48,350 bases of DNA from an uncultured Cardiobacterium sp. (GTDB lineage: Bacteria; Pseudomonadota; Gammaproteobacteria; Cardiobacteriales; Cardiobacteriaceae). The notes beneath the pieces were generated by a model. That model did no database searches and was not told where the DNA came from. It was given only the letters and a program-made list of their open reading frames with translations. Location: the NCBI GenBank assembly GCA_963523555.1, contig CAURDG010000001.1:1-48350 (forward strand), read 5' to 3'. The position numbers were made by a program, and so were the translations under genes. The first letter of the stretch is position 1. Each line of letters starts with the position of its first letter. Positions 9,210 to 17,927 of this stretch are shown one piece after another.

Positions 9210-10138
9210 GATACACAACCCGCATCAACAATGTGCGCGCGCTGGAATGGGGCATCAACATGACGCAGGCGGCGTTGTTCGACCTGATAAACGAATGCGC
9301 AAGCTGGGCAAGCACAGCCACCATTAACGGTGTCACTTTCTACTGGGTAAGCCGACAACTGGTTATTGAGGAATTGCCGCTGGTCTTCCGCAAGGAGGAT
9401 GCAGTTTACCGCACTTTGAAAGTCCTAGAAGAGAAAGGGCTGGTCGAGACAGCCAAGATGGACGGGCGCGACTATGTGCGCATCACCCCGGAAGGGGCGA
9501 AGTGGAACAGCCATGATGCACCCGAAACCGAGCCTCGGGAAAATTCCCGAGATATTCGGGAAAAAAACCGAAACCTTCGGGAAAATTCCCGAAATAGCTC
9601 GGGAAAAAACCCGACAGATAAAGATATAAATAATCAACCTGCAAATCAGGGGACAAATCAGTTTGGCGCGCCCGCGCACGCCCCCGACCCGCCCTCTCGC
9701 GAACCGTCGCCCCCACCCCATGCCAAGCCGAAACGGCAAAGCCGCGAGGAGGTGTTTGTCGCCTTCGTGGTTGGGCAGGGCGTGGACGAGGAGACGGCGC
9801 GCTGCTGGTGGCAGTACCGCGATGGCAAGCCGATGACCAGCAAGGCGTGGGAGCGGCATTGCGCGCAGGCCGAGGCGGCAGGGATTACCCCGCAGGCAGC
9901 GGCGGACTACACCGCTGGGCGGGGGTGGGCTGGTTTCTACGCCAACAGTTACCTGCGGGAAATGGAGGAGCTTGCGCAGATTAGGCAGCGACGGAGCGCG
10001 TCGCAAGGCCACGTGTTTGACCAGGCAGGCAATCCACAGGGCGGGATAGTCCAAGCGGGGATGCCACAAGGGCGGACAAGCCAGATGAGCAAAGGGCTGG
10101 CGATTATCGAGCAATTCAAGAAAGGGGGAAGGTCGTGA
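9206..10138 (+). CDS. Replication initiator (O-like)
   Basis: N-terminal winged helix, internal iterons, Pro-rich linker; position after cro. Confidence 0.85.
   Translation: MRYTTRINNVRALEWGINMTQAALFDLINECASWASTATINGVTFYWVSRQLVIEELPLVFRKEDAVYRTLKVLEEKGLVETAKMDGRDYVRITPEGAKWNSHDAPETEPRENSRDIREKNRNLRENSRNSSGKNPTDKDINNQPANQGTNQFGAPAHAPDPPSREPSPPPHAKPKRQSREEVFVAFVVGQGVDEETARCWWQYRDGKPMTSKAWERHCAQAEAAGITPQAAADYTAGRGWAGFYANSYLREMEELAQIRQRRSASQGHVFDQAGNPQGGIVQAGMPQGRTSQMSKGLAIIEQFKKGGRS
9535..9640. repeat. Phage origin: four iterons plus AT-rich tract
   Basis: TCGGGAAAA(T/A)(T/A)(C/A)CCGA at 9535, 9556, 9577 and 9599 (21-22 bp spacing), followed by AGATAAAGATATAAATAATCAA. Confidence 0.85.
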
Positions 10139-10656
10139 AAAAACTCTATCCGTTGCCGGAAAGCGTGAATGACGCAGTAGCTCTTGGCCTGCAACGGCTG
10201 TTCGCCCTGCGGTTGGAGGGTGCGCCTTCAGCGGAAAACATGGCGGAGGTTGTGCCAGTGTGGCTGGACGCCATCGCTTTCGATCAGCAATGGTGCGACG
10301 ACGACGCCGAACGTTTCCACGCCGCCTTCCTGTTCCTGACGCGGACTTGTGCCCGTTGGCCGCAACCGATGCACCTGCTCAATGCGTTGCCGCCACGCCC
10401 CATGCGCGCCTTGCCCGAACCGCCGCGAGCTGAAATCAGCGCGGAAGAAGAGGCGGAATTTTTCGCAACCTTGAACGGGTTGACAGGAAGAATAACGCAG
10501 TACGCAGCGCCTAAATTCCCACAGCCTCCGACGAAAGCAGGAGGTGGGCCTGTGTCATACCGTAACGGCTACGCCACATTCCGTGGCGCCAATGGTGAAG
10601 AGGTCGTTGTGAAGATGGGCGGCGCCATCAAAGTGCCGCGCGGAGGTGCCGCATGA
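10135..10656 (+). CDS. Putative replication accessory protein (helicase-loader position)
   Basis: GTGA-coupled to the initiator; function inferred from synteny only. Confidence 0.5.
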   Translation: MKKLYPLPESVNDAVALGLQRLFALRLEGAPSAENMAEVVPVWLDAIAFDQQWCDDDAERFHAAFLFLTRTCARWPQPMHLLNALPPRPMRALPEPPRAEISAEEEAEFFATLNGLTGRITQYAAPKFPQPPTKAGGGPVSYRNGYATFRGANGEEVVVKMGGAIKVPRGGAA

Positions 10657-10687
10657 CCGGGGCATTGAAAGCACGGAGGGCAGAACG

Positions 10688-11230
10688 ATGACCGGCGAGA
10701 TATTGCGGCGATTGCGTGAGGGCTACGGCTTGACCCGTGAACAGGTCGCCGTCGCCTCGGGTGTACCGGTTTTGGCGATAGCCAAAAGGGAATTAAAGGG
10801 CAAGTCATGGTGTCGTGCCAAGAGACCGTGCGAGCGGCGCAACCTTGGCAAGAGACGGCAGGCATATTTTCGCGCCTATCTGACTGCGCTGCGCATCATG
10901 CGCCCCATCAGGAAGCCCGCCGTGGAAGAAAGGGAGCTTGTACTGCGCCGCGCCTTCAAATCCCCGGTGGTGAAGCCTGAAGGCGCCACGCATCAGGTTG
11001 AGCGGCAGGGTATCAAGGAATGGGTGCGCATTGTCCCCATGCACGGCACCCTGCGCGGCTTTGCATGGCGGGGCGACGAATGGAGACGGGCAGCATGGGT
11101 GGAAGGCAGCAACGAGTTTCAGGCGGCACTGCTTGCCGCCCGTCTGCCACTGAAAAAGCGCAAGACGGTGCCAGTGCAGGGCGCAATAAACATCTACCAC
11201 GACACGCTGCGAGAGCGGGGGTGGCGATGA
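10688..11230 (+). CDS. HTH-containing hypothetical protein
   Basis: LRRLREGYGLTREQVAVASGV XRE-like helix; GGAGG SD. Confidence 0.6.
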   Translation: MTGEILRRLREGYGLTREQVAVASGVPVLAIAKRELKGKSWCRAKRPCERRNLGKRRQAYFRAYLTALRIMRPIRKPAVEERELVLRRAFKSPVVKPEGATHQVERQGIKEWVRIVPMHGTLRGFAWRGDEWRRAAWVEGSNEFQAALLAARLPLKKRKTVPVQGAINIYHDTLRERGWR

Positions 11231-11376
11231 CTTGGAAAAAGTGGGCAGCCTACGCGCAGACGCAAATCAGCGTCGCCCTTGACTGCGCGGACAACAGGAA
11301 GGAGGCGGACGGGCTGCTGGCCTATGCCGCCGAATGTATCGAGAGAGCAAGAACAGAATTGAGAGCAGGGGAATGA
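11227..11376 (+). CDS. Small hypothetical protein
   Basis: ATGA-coupled (MTWKKW...). Confidence 0.5.
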   Translation: MTWKKWAAYAQTQISVALDCADNRKEADGLLAYAAECIERARTELRAGE

Positions 11377-11543
11377 CGACAAACGAGAGACAGCGCTTTA
11401 TCGAAGCACTCGATAGCGCAGGCATGAAATTGAACATGGTCATTGACGGTGTGGACGACACGCCGCCGTCGGAATTGCTGGCGATGTTGCGCGACGCGGA
11501 AGGCAAGATACAGCGCGCGCGGAAGGTTATTGATAGGAGGTGA
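11373..11543 (+). CDS. Small hypothetical protein
   Basis: ATGA-coupled (MTTNER...). Confidence 0.5.
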   Translation: MTTNERQRFIEALDSAGMKLNMVIDGVDDTPPSELLAMLRDAEGKIQRARKVIDRR

Positions 11544-11546
11544 GGT

Positions 11547-12005
11547 ATGACAACGCAATCTTTCCGCCTGGTCAACGAACAGGTGAAACACAATGCCATT
11601 GCCGCCATTGCAGCGGCAAAAATCGGCGACGGAGAAATCATGACAGTCTGCATCGCACCGGAAGAGAAGAAGCGCAGCGTGCAGCAAAATCGCTATCTGT
11701 GGGGCGTGGTGTACAAAACTATCGTGGATAACGACCCCGGCTTTTTCTGCTGTGATGTGGTGGACAGTCTGCGCAAGACCGCGCGGCTATCAGCGGCGGA
11801 AGTGGTGCATGAATTCTGCAAGGCGCGCTTCCTGCCATCGGCGGACTTGCCCGGTTTGCAGATTACCGTCGCGCCTTCGACCGCCAAGCTGCCACTCAAG
11901 GAGTTTCAGGATTACGTTGAGGCCATCCGGCGCTGGGCGGCGGATGAATTGCAGGTGTTTGTGCCTGATCCGTATCAGGCTGGCTACGAAGATTTGAGGT
12001 GGTGA
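11547..12005 (+). CDS. ninB: NinB/YbcN-family recombination protein
   Basis: KRSVQQNRYLW and STAKL..KEF..YVEAI..WAA motifs. Confidence 0.8.
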   Translation: MTTQSFRLVNEQVKHNAIAAIAAAKIGDGEIMTVCIAPEEKKRSVQQNRYLWGVVYKTIVDNDPGFFCCDVVDSLRKTARLSAAEVVHEFCKARFLPSADLPGLQITVAPSTAKLPLKEFQDYVEAIRRWAADELQVFVPDPYQAGYEDLRW

Positions 12006-12083
12006 GATGTTTTCGATGTACGAAGAAGTGATGCTGACGATTTTTGCTGTGTGGCTGGTTGCCATGATGATGGGGATGCGGTG

Positions 12084-12263
12084 ATGGAATTGATTGCTCT
12101 TGTGCGTTGGCAGTTGGCGATTTATACGCTGCTTTTCTGCGGCGGCCTTTTGGTTGGGAGGGGGATATATCCCCCCGGCTTAATAATGTTGGTGTTGGCA
12201 AGCATTTGCGCCTGGAAGGCAAGTGGCATTGTCATTGAGGTATTTGACAGGTGCAAGCGATGA
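12084..12263 (+). CDS. Small membrane protein
   Basis: Two hydrophobic segments; preceded by a coupled 25-aa hydrophobic ORF at 12007-12084. Confidence 0.45.
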   Translation: MELIALVRWQLAIYTLLFCGGLLVGRGIYPPGLIMLVLASICAWKASGIVIEVFDRCKR

Positions 12264-12571
12264 CCGGCACCGAAAAAGACTACCTGAACCGCCTTGCCGC
12301 ACTGGGCTGCATTGTTTGCCGCAACGAAGGGCTGTATGGCGTCGCGGCAGAGATTCACCACATCCGCGACGGGCAGGGCATGGGGCAGCGCGCCAGCCAC
12401 TATCAGACCGTGCCGCTATGCGCCAAACATCACCGCACCGGAGGCTATGGCGTCGCCTTCCACGCGGGCAAAAAGGCGTGGGAAGCGAGATACGGCACGG
12501 AACGGGACTTGATGACACAGGCACAAGCGCTGCTGGCGAAAGAGCGGGCGCGCACTGTGGGGGCAGCATGA
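12260..12571 (+). CDS. Ref-like (RecA-dependent) HNH nuclease
   Basis: LGCIVC...EIHH...PLC..HHR...HAG...YGTE motif. Confidence 0.8.
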   Translation: MTGTEKDYLNRLAALGCIVCRNEGLYGVAAEIHHIRDGQGMGQRASHYQTVPLCAKHHRTGGYGVAFHAGKKAWEARYGTERDLMTQAQALLAKERARTVGAA

Positions 12572-12762
12572 GCGATTTCATCGCCCGCCTGCCCTTCCCG
12601 CCGTCTCTCAACCACTACTGGCGGCACGGCAGCAAGGGGACGTATATCAGCGCTGAGGGTAAGGCCTACCGCGCTGCTGTGTTGCGTCTGTTGCGCTCGC
12701 AGTCGCGGCTGTTTGCGCTACTCACGCCCGCCGAAAAACAGCGGTTGGGGGAGGGGTTATGA
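12568..12762 (+). pseudogene. rusA: RusA resolvase, N-terminal fragment
   Basis: LPFPPSLNHYWRH...YIS.EGKAYR; the RDLDN catalytic segment is missing. Confidence 0.75.
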
Positions 12763-13739
12763 GCAGTCGGAAGAAAAGCGCAGGAGTGTCGCCAGTTCTG
12801 AGGGCGTTCAAAACAAAAGAAGACAGAAAGAAGTTTGCAGATATTTTATGGGCCGATTATCAACTTCTAGGAAGTTCATACCGTGTTGGAGAAAAACACG
12901 GAATTAACCACGCTAGCGTTCACCGTTATCTGAAAGTTTACGGAGGCTATCGTTTGAAAGGAGACAAGTTTACAGAAGCAGACGATGATTTAATCAGATC
13001 TTATTATGCTACTACGAGTGAGCAGGATTTTGACCTGGACGAGCTTGTAAAAAAGCTCAAAAGACCGGAAAAGACTAACGTTTGTAGACGTGCCAGACAA
13101 TTAGGATTAACGCAACAAAGCAGGCCGCAAAACAAAACGACTCGCTCAAAAATGTCTGACCGTGCAAAAGCATGGCATGCGACGCATGAACACCCAAGAG
13201 GATATTTAGGACATGTTCATGGAGAGGAAACGAGGAGAAAATTAAGCATAAAATCTCAACAGGCCAGAGCCAATATAACGGAAGAACAAGAACAGGATAG
13301 AGTGATTAAAATGCTAAAAACAAAGCATAAAAATGGAACGCTTTACAACCCAAGATTCAAAGCGTCATGGAAGGCACAATGGGCAGAAATTGGAGGGAGA
13401 AAAAATTATTATCGTAGCAGGTGGGAGCTTAATTATGCACTGTATCTTCAATGGTTAAAAGAAAATAACCAAATTAAAGAATGGGAACATGAGCCGGAAA
13501 CTTTTTGGTTTATGGATATCATGAGGGGCACAAGGTCATATTTACCTGATTTTAGAGTAACCGAAATAAATGGTGATATTGCCTATCACGAAATTAAAGG
13601 ATGGATGGACGATAGAAGTAAAACAAAAATTAAGAGAATGGCGAAATATTATCCTGAGGTAAAGCTTATTGTTATTGACGCCAAGGATTATCGTAATTTG
13701 GAAAGGAAGGTAAAGCATTTGGTAAAGGGGTGGCAATGA
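12759..13739 (+). CDS. Homing-endonuclease-like protein (HTH/NUMOD3-like plus DUF1064-like PD-(D/E)XK domain)
   Basis: Low GC; HGEETRRKLS, RSRWE, YLPDF...EIKG motifs. Confidence 0.75.
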   Translation: MSSRKKSAGVSPVLRAFKTKEDRKKFADILWADYQLLGSSYRVGEKHGINHASVHRYLKVYGGYRLKGDKFTEADDDLIRSYYATTSEQDFDLDELVKKLKRPEKTNVCRRARQLGLTQQSRPQNKTTRSKMSDRAKAWHATHEHPRGYLGHVHGEETRRKLSIKSQQARANITEEQEQDRVIKMLKTKHKNGTLYNPRFKASWKAQWAEIGGRKNYYRSRWELNYALYLQWLKENNQIKEWEHEPETFWFMDIMRGTRSYLPDFRVTEINGDIAYHEIKGWMDDRSKTKIKRMAKYYPEVKLIVIDAKDYRNLERKVKHLVKGWQ

Positions 13740-13849
13740 AACGCAAAGCGGGGATATTTGCCGATGACAGCCAAATTGACCGGCTGGAGGTCGTGCGCGG
13801 CGAGAAAGCTGCTGAAGCGCATTGTGTGGTGGAGGTGGCGCGGTTATGA
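13736..13849 (+). pseudogene. rusA: RusA resolvase, C-terminal fragment
   Basis: Manual translation MKRKAGIFADDSQIDRLEVVRGEKAAEAHCVVEVARL contains the RusA AG..DDSQI motif. Confidence 0.75.
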
Positions 13850-14211
13850 GCGATTATTTGGATATCGAGAATTTGTTGCTGCGCTATGGCCGCTGGGTGC
13901 GCTCAGGCGATGGGCGCGTGGGGTATCCGCGCTGCGCTGCATTTGCCGTCGCCATCCCTGCCGTCATCCCGGATGATGCGGTGGCCGACATGGCCGACAG
14001 CGAGGGTGAGCGCATCGGGCGGGCGATGATGGCGTTGAAGGCCGCCAACCTTGACGCGCACACGGCACTGGAAGCTCGGTTTGTTTACGGTATGGTGGAC
14101 GACACGGAGCTGGGCAGGAGACAGGGGCTAGGAAGTAGAATGCGAGTCTGGCAGTTACGACAACAAGGCTATAGTTATCTTCAAGGTTATTTTGCGGCGG
14201 CTGCGGCCTAA
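13846..14211 (+). CDS. Late antiterminator Q-like protein
   Basis: IENLL..YGRWVR...GYP N-terminus and C-terminal HTH; last gene before late promoter and lysis genes. Confidence 0.75.
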   Translation: MSDYLDIENLLLRYGRWVRSGDGRVGYPRCAAFAVAIPAVIPDDAVADMADSEGERIGRAMMALKAANLDAHTALEARFVYGMVDDTELGRRQGLGSRMRVWQLRQQGYSYLQGYFAAAAA

Positions 14212-14219
14212 AATTGGGC

Positions 14220-14247
14220 TTGCTTTTATATATACAGAAACTATACT
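14220..14247 (+). promoter_or_regulatory. Late promoter (PR'-like)
   Basis: TTGCTT-16 bp-TATACT immediately after Q. Confidence 0.6.
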
Positions 14248-14282
14248 GTTCCTCATATGGTGCGTTACTGCACCTAAGTTAC

Positions 14283-14388
14283 AGCCCCGCTTTTTTGCGG
14301 GGCTTTTTCGTTTCCGGTTTTTCTGTTTGAAACAGGGAAACCCTGCTGATTACCTACTGACACATTGCCGCCTTCGGGCGGCTTTTTT
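14283..14388 (+). terminator. Tandem terminators after the late promoter
   Basis: AGCCCCGC..GCGGGGCTTTTT and GCCGCCTTCGGGCGGCTTTTTT. Confidence 0.75.
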
Positions 14389-14463
14389 ATTGCTCTTGTT
14401 GCCGAGCTTCTGTGTATAGCGGCGTTTGAGGCGGGCAAGGGCAGCTTCATTCAAGGAGGCGTA

Positions 14464-15255
14464 ATGGCCAAAGACAATTTCCCGCAGGCGCTGCGCTGGG
14501 TGTTGCAGCACGAAGGTTTTTTTGTGGACCACCCCAAGGACCCCGGTGGCGCAACAAACCGGGGCATCACCCAACGCACGTATGACGCTTTCCGCCGCAG
14601 CCGGGGTGAGACCCCGCGCGATGTGCGCGCCATTGAAGAGGCCGAGGTCAGGCAGATTTACCGCGAGCAGTATGCGGATGCGGTGTGGTTTGACCGGCTG
14701 CCGTCCGGGCTGGATTACGCCCTGTTCGACTTTGCTGTCAACAGTGGCCCCGCGCGGGCGGTAAAGGCATTGCAGGGTATTGTGGGTGTGCGCGCCGACG
14801 GCATCATGGGCAACCGCACGTTAGCGGCAGTCAAGGCACACGACAGCGGGCAGGTCATCACGTTGTTGTGTGATGCGCGGCAGCGTTTTGTGCGCTCGCT
14901 TCGGACATACAAGACTTTCGGCAAGGGCTGGGAGCGGCGCATTGCCGAGGTGCGGCACAAGGGGCTGGCACTCGCCAAGGGGCAAGCGCCTGGCGATGAC
15001 AATTTAAGCGAGACGCCGAAGGCCGACGGGGCGCAATCCCTCGCAGCATCCATCGGCGCCTCCCGCCGCAGCAAGAGCGCGGTGGCGGGTGTCGCTGGTA
15101 CGGCACTGGCCGCTATCCCGGAAGCCATGGAAATGGCACGCCCGGCACAGGAGCTGGCCGATTTCGCCCGTTATGCGGGATTGGTCGGGCTGCTGATTGT
15201 CGTCTGCGCGCTGGGATACATCATTTGGGTGCGCTGTCATGCTGTCAAGGATTAA
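14464..15255 (+). CDS. Endolysin, GH108 with peptidoglycan-binding domain and hydrophobic C-terminus
   Basis: HEG..VDHPKDPGGATNRGIT, LFDFAVNSG, ADGIMG, FGKGW.RR. Confidence 0.9.
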   Translation: MAKDNFPQALRWVLQHEGFFVDHPKDPGGATNRGITQRTYDAFRRSRGETPRDVRAIEEAEVRQIYREQYADAVWFDRLPSGLDYALFDFAVNSGPARAVKALQGIVGVRADGIMGNRTLAAVKAHDSGQVITLLCDARQRFVRSLRTYKTFGKGWERRIAEVRHKGLALAKGQAPGDDNLSETPKADGAQSLAASIGASRRSKSAVAGVAGTALAAIPEAMEMARPAQELADFARYAGLVGLLIVVCALGYIIWVRCHAVKD

Positions 15256-15502
15256 AGCCGTCATCGGCACGGCATGGCTATACGTGGTCGCCGTGCTGGT
15301 GGTGTTGCTGGCACTGGCTGGCAGGCGCAATGCGTCTTTGCGTGAAGAGATTGCCAGACGCGAAGCAGCGCGGCTGAAAGGGATTGCTGACCGTCTGCAA
15401 CAGCAGGTCGAGCGTTCACGGCAGGCGTCGGCAGAGGCGCAACAGGAACGCGCCCGCGTTGAGCAGAATATCAGCGCGGGGAAGCGGAATTATTTTGAGT
15501 AG
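15239..15502 (+). CDS. Putative inner-membrane spanin-like protein
   Basis: N-terminal TM helix and coiled coil, directly after the endolysin. Confidence 0.55.
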   Translation: MLSRIKAVIGTAWLYVVAVLVVLLALAGRRNASLREEIARREAARLKGIADRLQQQVERSRQASAEAQQERARVEQNISAGKRNYFE

Positions 15503-15891
15503 AAGGGTTTGAGCAGTGTGTTCGCTTCTTCCACCGTCAGGCATAACTCTGTTGTGGGTTTCGCTTTTTTCGGGAACTGCTCGCAATCAAAGCGGATGCG
15601 GAAGCTCACATCATTTTCCTGCTGGAAGGCGGGATCATAGACCAGCAAAGCAGCCATGTTGCCGGTGCTTGTCAGTGGATAAGCCGGTTTGCTCTTGCCC
15701 GCTTTCAGGGCGACTACCGCGCAAGGCGTCGGTTTCTTGTCAGCAACTTGGCATTTTTCAAGGAGTTGACTGCTGACTTCCCAAGCCTCGCTGTTCTTGC
15801 CCACCTCCACATAATGAATGCGGTCGTTGTCTTTTTTATCTGAACAGGCCGCAAGCAGTAACAACCCGCTAATAACAAACAATTTTTTCAT
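15490..15891 (-). CDS. Counter-oriented lipoprotein (moron)
   Basis: MKKLFVISGLLLLAAC lipobox; AGAGGA SD; minus-strand extended -10 TGTTACAAT at 15929-15921. Confidence 0.8.
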   Translation of the reverse strand: MKKLFVISGLLLLAACSDKKDNDRIHYVEVGKNSEAWEVSSQLLEKCQVADKKPTPCAVVALKAGKSKPAYPLTSTGNMAALLVYDPAFQQENDVSFRIRFDCEQFPKKAKPTTELCLTVEEANTLLKPFYSK

Positions 15892-16010
15892 GACTGGTTT
15901 CCTCTGATTTGGGGAAACCGATTGTAACAAATTCCGGAATTCTGCCGGATGTTGCCAGCAAGGCAACCCATCTGCCGCCTTCGGGCGGCTTTTTATTTGG
16001 AGTAAATACC

Positions 16011-16361
16011 ATGAAACGTGAAGATAAAGAACGTTATATCGACATCATCCACAGGATTTGGCCAAGCGCACAAAGCTACACTGCCGATGATGTGAATGAA
16101 GAAGCGGCCAGGGTTACCGACCTCGCTGTCAAAGACATTGCCGAGGCATCCAAGAGTGTTGCTATTCTTGAAACCACTGCAAGAGTGGTAATTGCGTTTT
16201 ATGTAAATAGAGTAGGCTCAAGCTCGCTTGCAAGTGATTTGTACTCGGCGATTACCGACCTTCTTGACGTTATCGAAGGGAAACGCCGCTATCAATTCAT
16301 TATCCAGACCGCCGCGCTGAAATACCGCAGCATGATTGAAATTGCCTTGATGGATATTTAA
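16011..16361 (+). CDS. Hypothetical protein, paralogue of 20679-21107
   Basis: GGAG SD; flanked by terminators; shared motifs with the 20679 ORF. Confidence 0.7.
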   Translation: MKREDKERYIDIIHRIWPSAQSYTADDVNEEAARVTDLAVKDIAEASKSVAILETTARVVIAFYVNRVGSSSLASDLYSAITDLLDVIEGKRRYQFIIQTAALKYRSMIEIALMDI

Positions 16362-16467
16362 GCAACGCCCTGCGGGGCGTTTTCTTTTGGCATAAAGCAA
16401 AACCCCATGCGGCGGGCAACTGCATGGGGTTTCTTTCATTCAAACCTTGGACAAGAAGGCTTAAACG

Positions 16468-16641
16468 ATGATTCAGTATAACCCGAAAACACGGGTAAAT
16501 GTGGAGGGCAAGATGAGCAAAGAAGATGCGGGTTTTGTCGGCAGAAGATTATCAACGGCAGCACTGGTGTTTTCCTGGATGTCCGGCATGGCAGCCGTGC
16601 TGTACGCTGTGGCGCAGCTGCTGGCGGTGTTGTTGAAGTGA
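16468..16641 (+). CDS. Small membrane peptide (57 aa)
   Basis: Manual translation MIQYNPKTRVNVEGKMSKEDAGFVGRRLSTAALVFSWMSGMAAVLYAVAQLLAVLLK. Confidence 0.55.
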   Translation: MIQYNPKTRVNVEGKMSKEDAGFVGRRLSTAALVFSWMSGMAAVLYAVAQLLAVLLK

Positions 16642-16799
16642 ACAAGGCGCGGGTGGAAATTCACCCACGGGAAGGTCTGAAAATGGAAATGTACGCAAGT
16701 CCGTTTGTACGGGGCTGTATTGGCGTGGCGGTGTTACTTGTCGCGGCAGGGTTGTTTTTGCTGCTGGCAACCCCGTTTGCGCAGGTGGTCAAGGGGTAG
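16638..16799 (+). CDS. Small membrane peptide (53 aa), paralogue of 29305-29496
   Basis: MNKARVEIHPREGLKMEMYASPFVRGCIGVAVLLVAAGLFLLLATPFAQ; GTGA-coupled. Confidence 0.55.
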   Translation: MNKARVEIHPREGLKMEMYASPFVRGCIGVAVLLVAAGLFLLLATPFAQVVKG

Positions 16800-16846
16800 C
16801 CGCTTGAGGTATTGGGACACGCGGGATGTTTAGTGGTGTTTTTTAC

Positions 16847-17086
16847 ATGACGAAATGGATGATGGCGGCATTAGCCGCTCTTTTTTTGGCATTGGCGGGC
16901 TGTGCGGCACGGGTTGAGTATGTACCTATGTCCGTGTCCTGCCCGCCGGTGCCGCCCCTGCCGTCTGTTTCGGCGCAAGAGTTACAGCCGCTCTCGGATG
17001 ATGCCTACCGCCGTTTGGTTGAGCGCGAGCTGCGTTTGAAGGAACACATTGGTCAATTGAGGGCGCTATGCGAGGAGGAAAAATGA
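16847..17086 (+). CDS. Lipoprotein, outer spanin (Rz1-like)
   Basis: LAGC lipobox and Pro-rich CPPVPPLP. Confidence 0.65.
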   Translation: MTKWMMAALAALFLALAGCAARVEYVPMSVSCPPVPPLPSVSAQELQPLSDDAYRRLVERELRLKEHIGQLRALCEEEK

Positions 17087-17433
17087 CAAGACCCTTCTAT
17101 GACGGGCGCATCAGTCTGGGCAATATCCTGACGATTATCGGGATGCTGGTGGCGGGGTTCTGGTTCTTTGCCAACGGTGAAAAGAAAGACGCTTTGCAGG
17201 ATGCGCAGATTGAGGCAAATAAATCTACGCTGAAAGAATTAATTGCCGCCGAGCAGCAGGCGAGGAAGGAAGGATTTATCGCGGAGCAGCAGGCGCGCAA
17301 GGAAGCGGTACAGGAGTTGCGCCTCAGGGTGGATGCTGACCGCGCAGAGATGCGGCAGCTTTTTGACAAGCTGGAAGCCAAGCTGGGGCATATGGACAGC
17401 AAGATTGACGCGCTAATCAAGCAGGGGCAGTAA
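17083..17433 (+). CDS. Membrane-anchored coiled-coil protein, possible holin-type lysis protein
   Basis: ISLGNILTIIGML TM helix and coiled coil. Confidence 0.45.
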   Translation: MTRPFYDGRISLGNILTIIGMLVAGFWFFANGEKKDALQDAQIEANKSTLKELIAAEQQARKEGFIAEQQARKEAVQELRLRVDADRAEMRQLFDKLEAKLGHMDSKIDALIKQGQ

Positions 17434-17927
17434 TGGCCAGACTCACGACGGAGCAGTGGGAGAAGATACGCGCGGACTATGAAGCACGTGGTCTGTCTTA
17501 TTCCGAGCTGGCCGAGATGTACGGGGTGAACAAGTCCAACATCTCACGCCGTGCCAAAGCGGAAGGATGGAATCAGGCGGAAACGCAACGGCTGATTGCT
17601 GCAACCGTTGAAAATGAAAAGGAAAAGCTAGCGTTGCGCAACGAAACGCAACGGCTAAACGCAACGTTGCGTAGTGCTGTGCAAGAGGAAGTATTCGACC
17701 GCCTCGCCTTCGAGTTACAGAACAACGCAGACTTTCAAGCAGCGAGGGATAAGGCAAGGGCGCTGCTCGCCGAAACCGACAAGATGGGCGATGTGGTACA
17801 GGCGGCCAATGTGTTCACCATGCAGCGCAAGGCAATGCTGGGCGATGGTCCGGCGGTCGCGGTGCAGGTAAACAGCAACGCGCCTGCCCGGATTGAGCGG
17901 GTGGTGGTGGATGCCGATCCGCATTAA
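17433..17927 (+). CDS. terS: Terminase small subunit
   Basis: WEKIRADYE...ELAEMYGV..SNISRRAKAEGW HTH directly upstream of terL. Confidence 0.85.
   Translation: MARLTTEQWEKIRADYEARGLSYSELAEMYGVNKSNISRRAKAEGWNQAETQRLIAATVENEKEKLALRNETQRLNATLRSAVQEEVFDRLAFELQNNADFQAARDKARALLAETDKMGDVVQAANVFTMQRKAMLGDGPAVAVQVNSNAPARIERVVVDADPH

Noticed and set aside
9535..9614. Regularly spaced palindromic repeats as a CRISPR array
   Set aside because: Spacers are only 5-6 bp and the repeats lie inside the initiator gene next to an AT-rich tract; they are origin iterons
12759..13739. Self-splicing intron or intein in rusA
   Set aside because: No non-coding room for a ribozyme, no intein terminal motifs, and the RusA core is deleted
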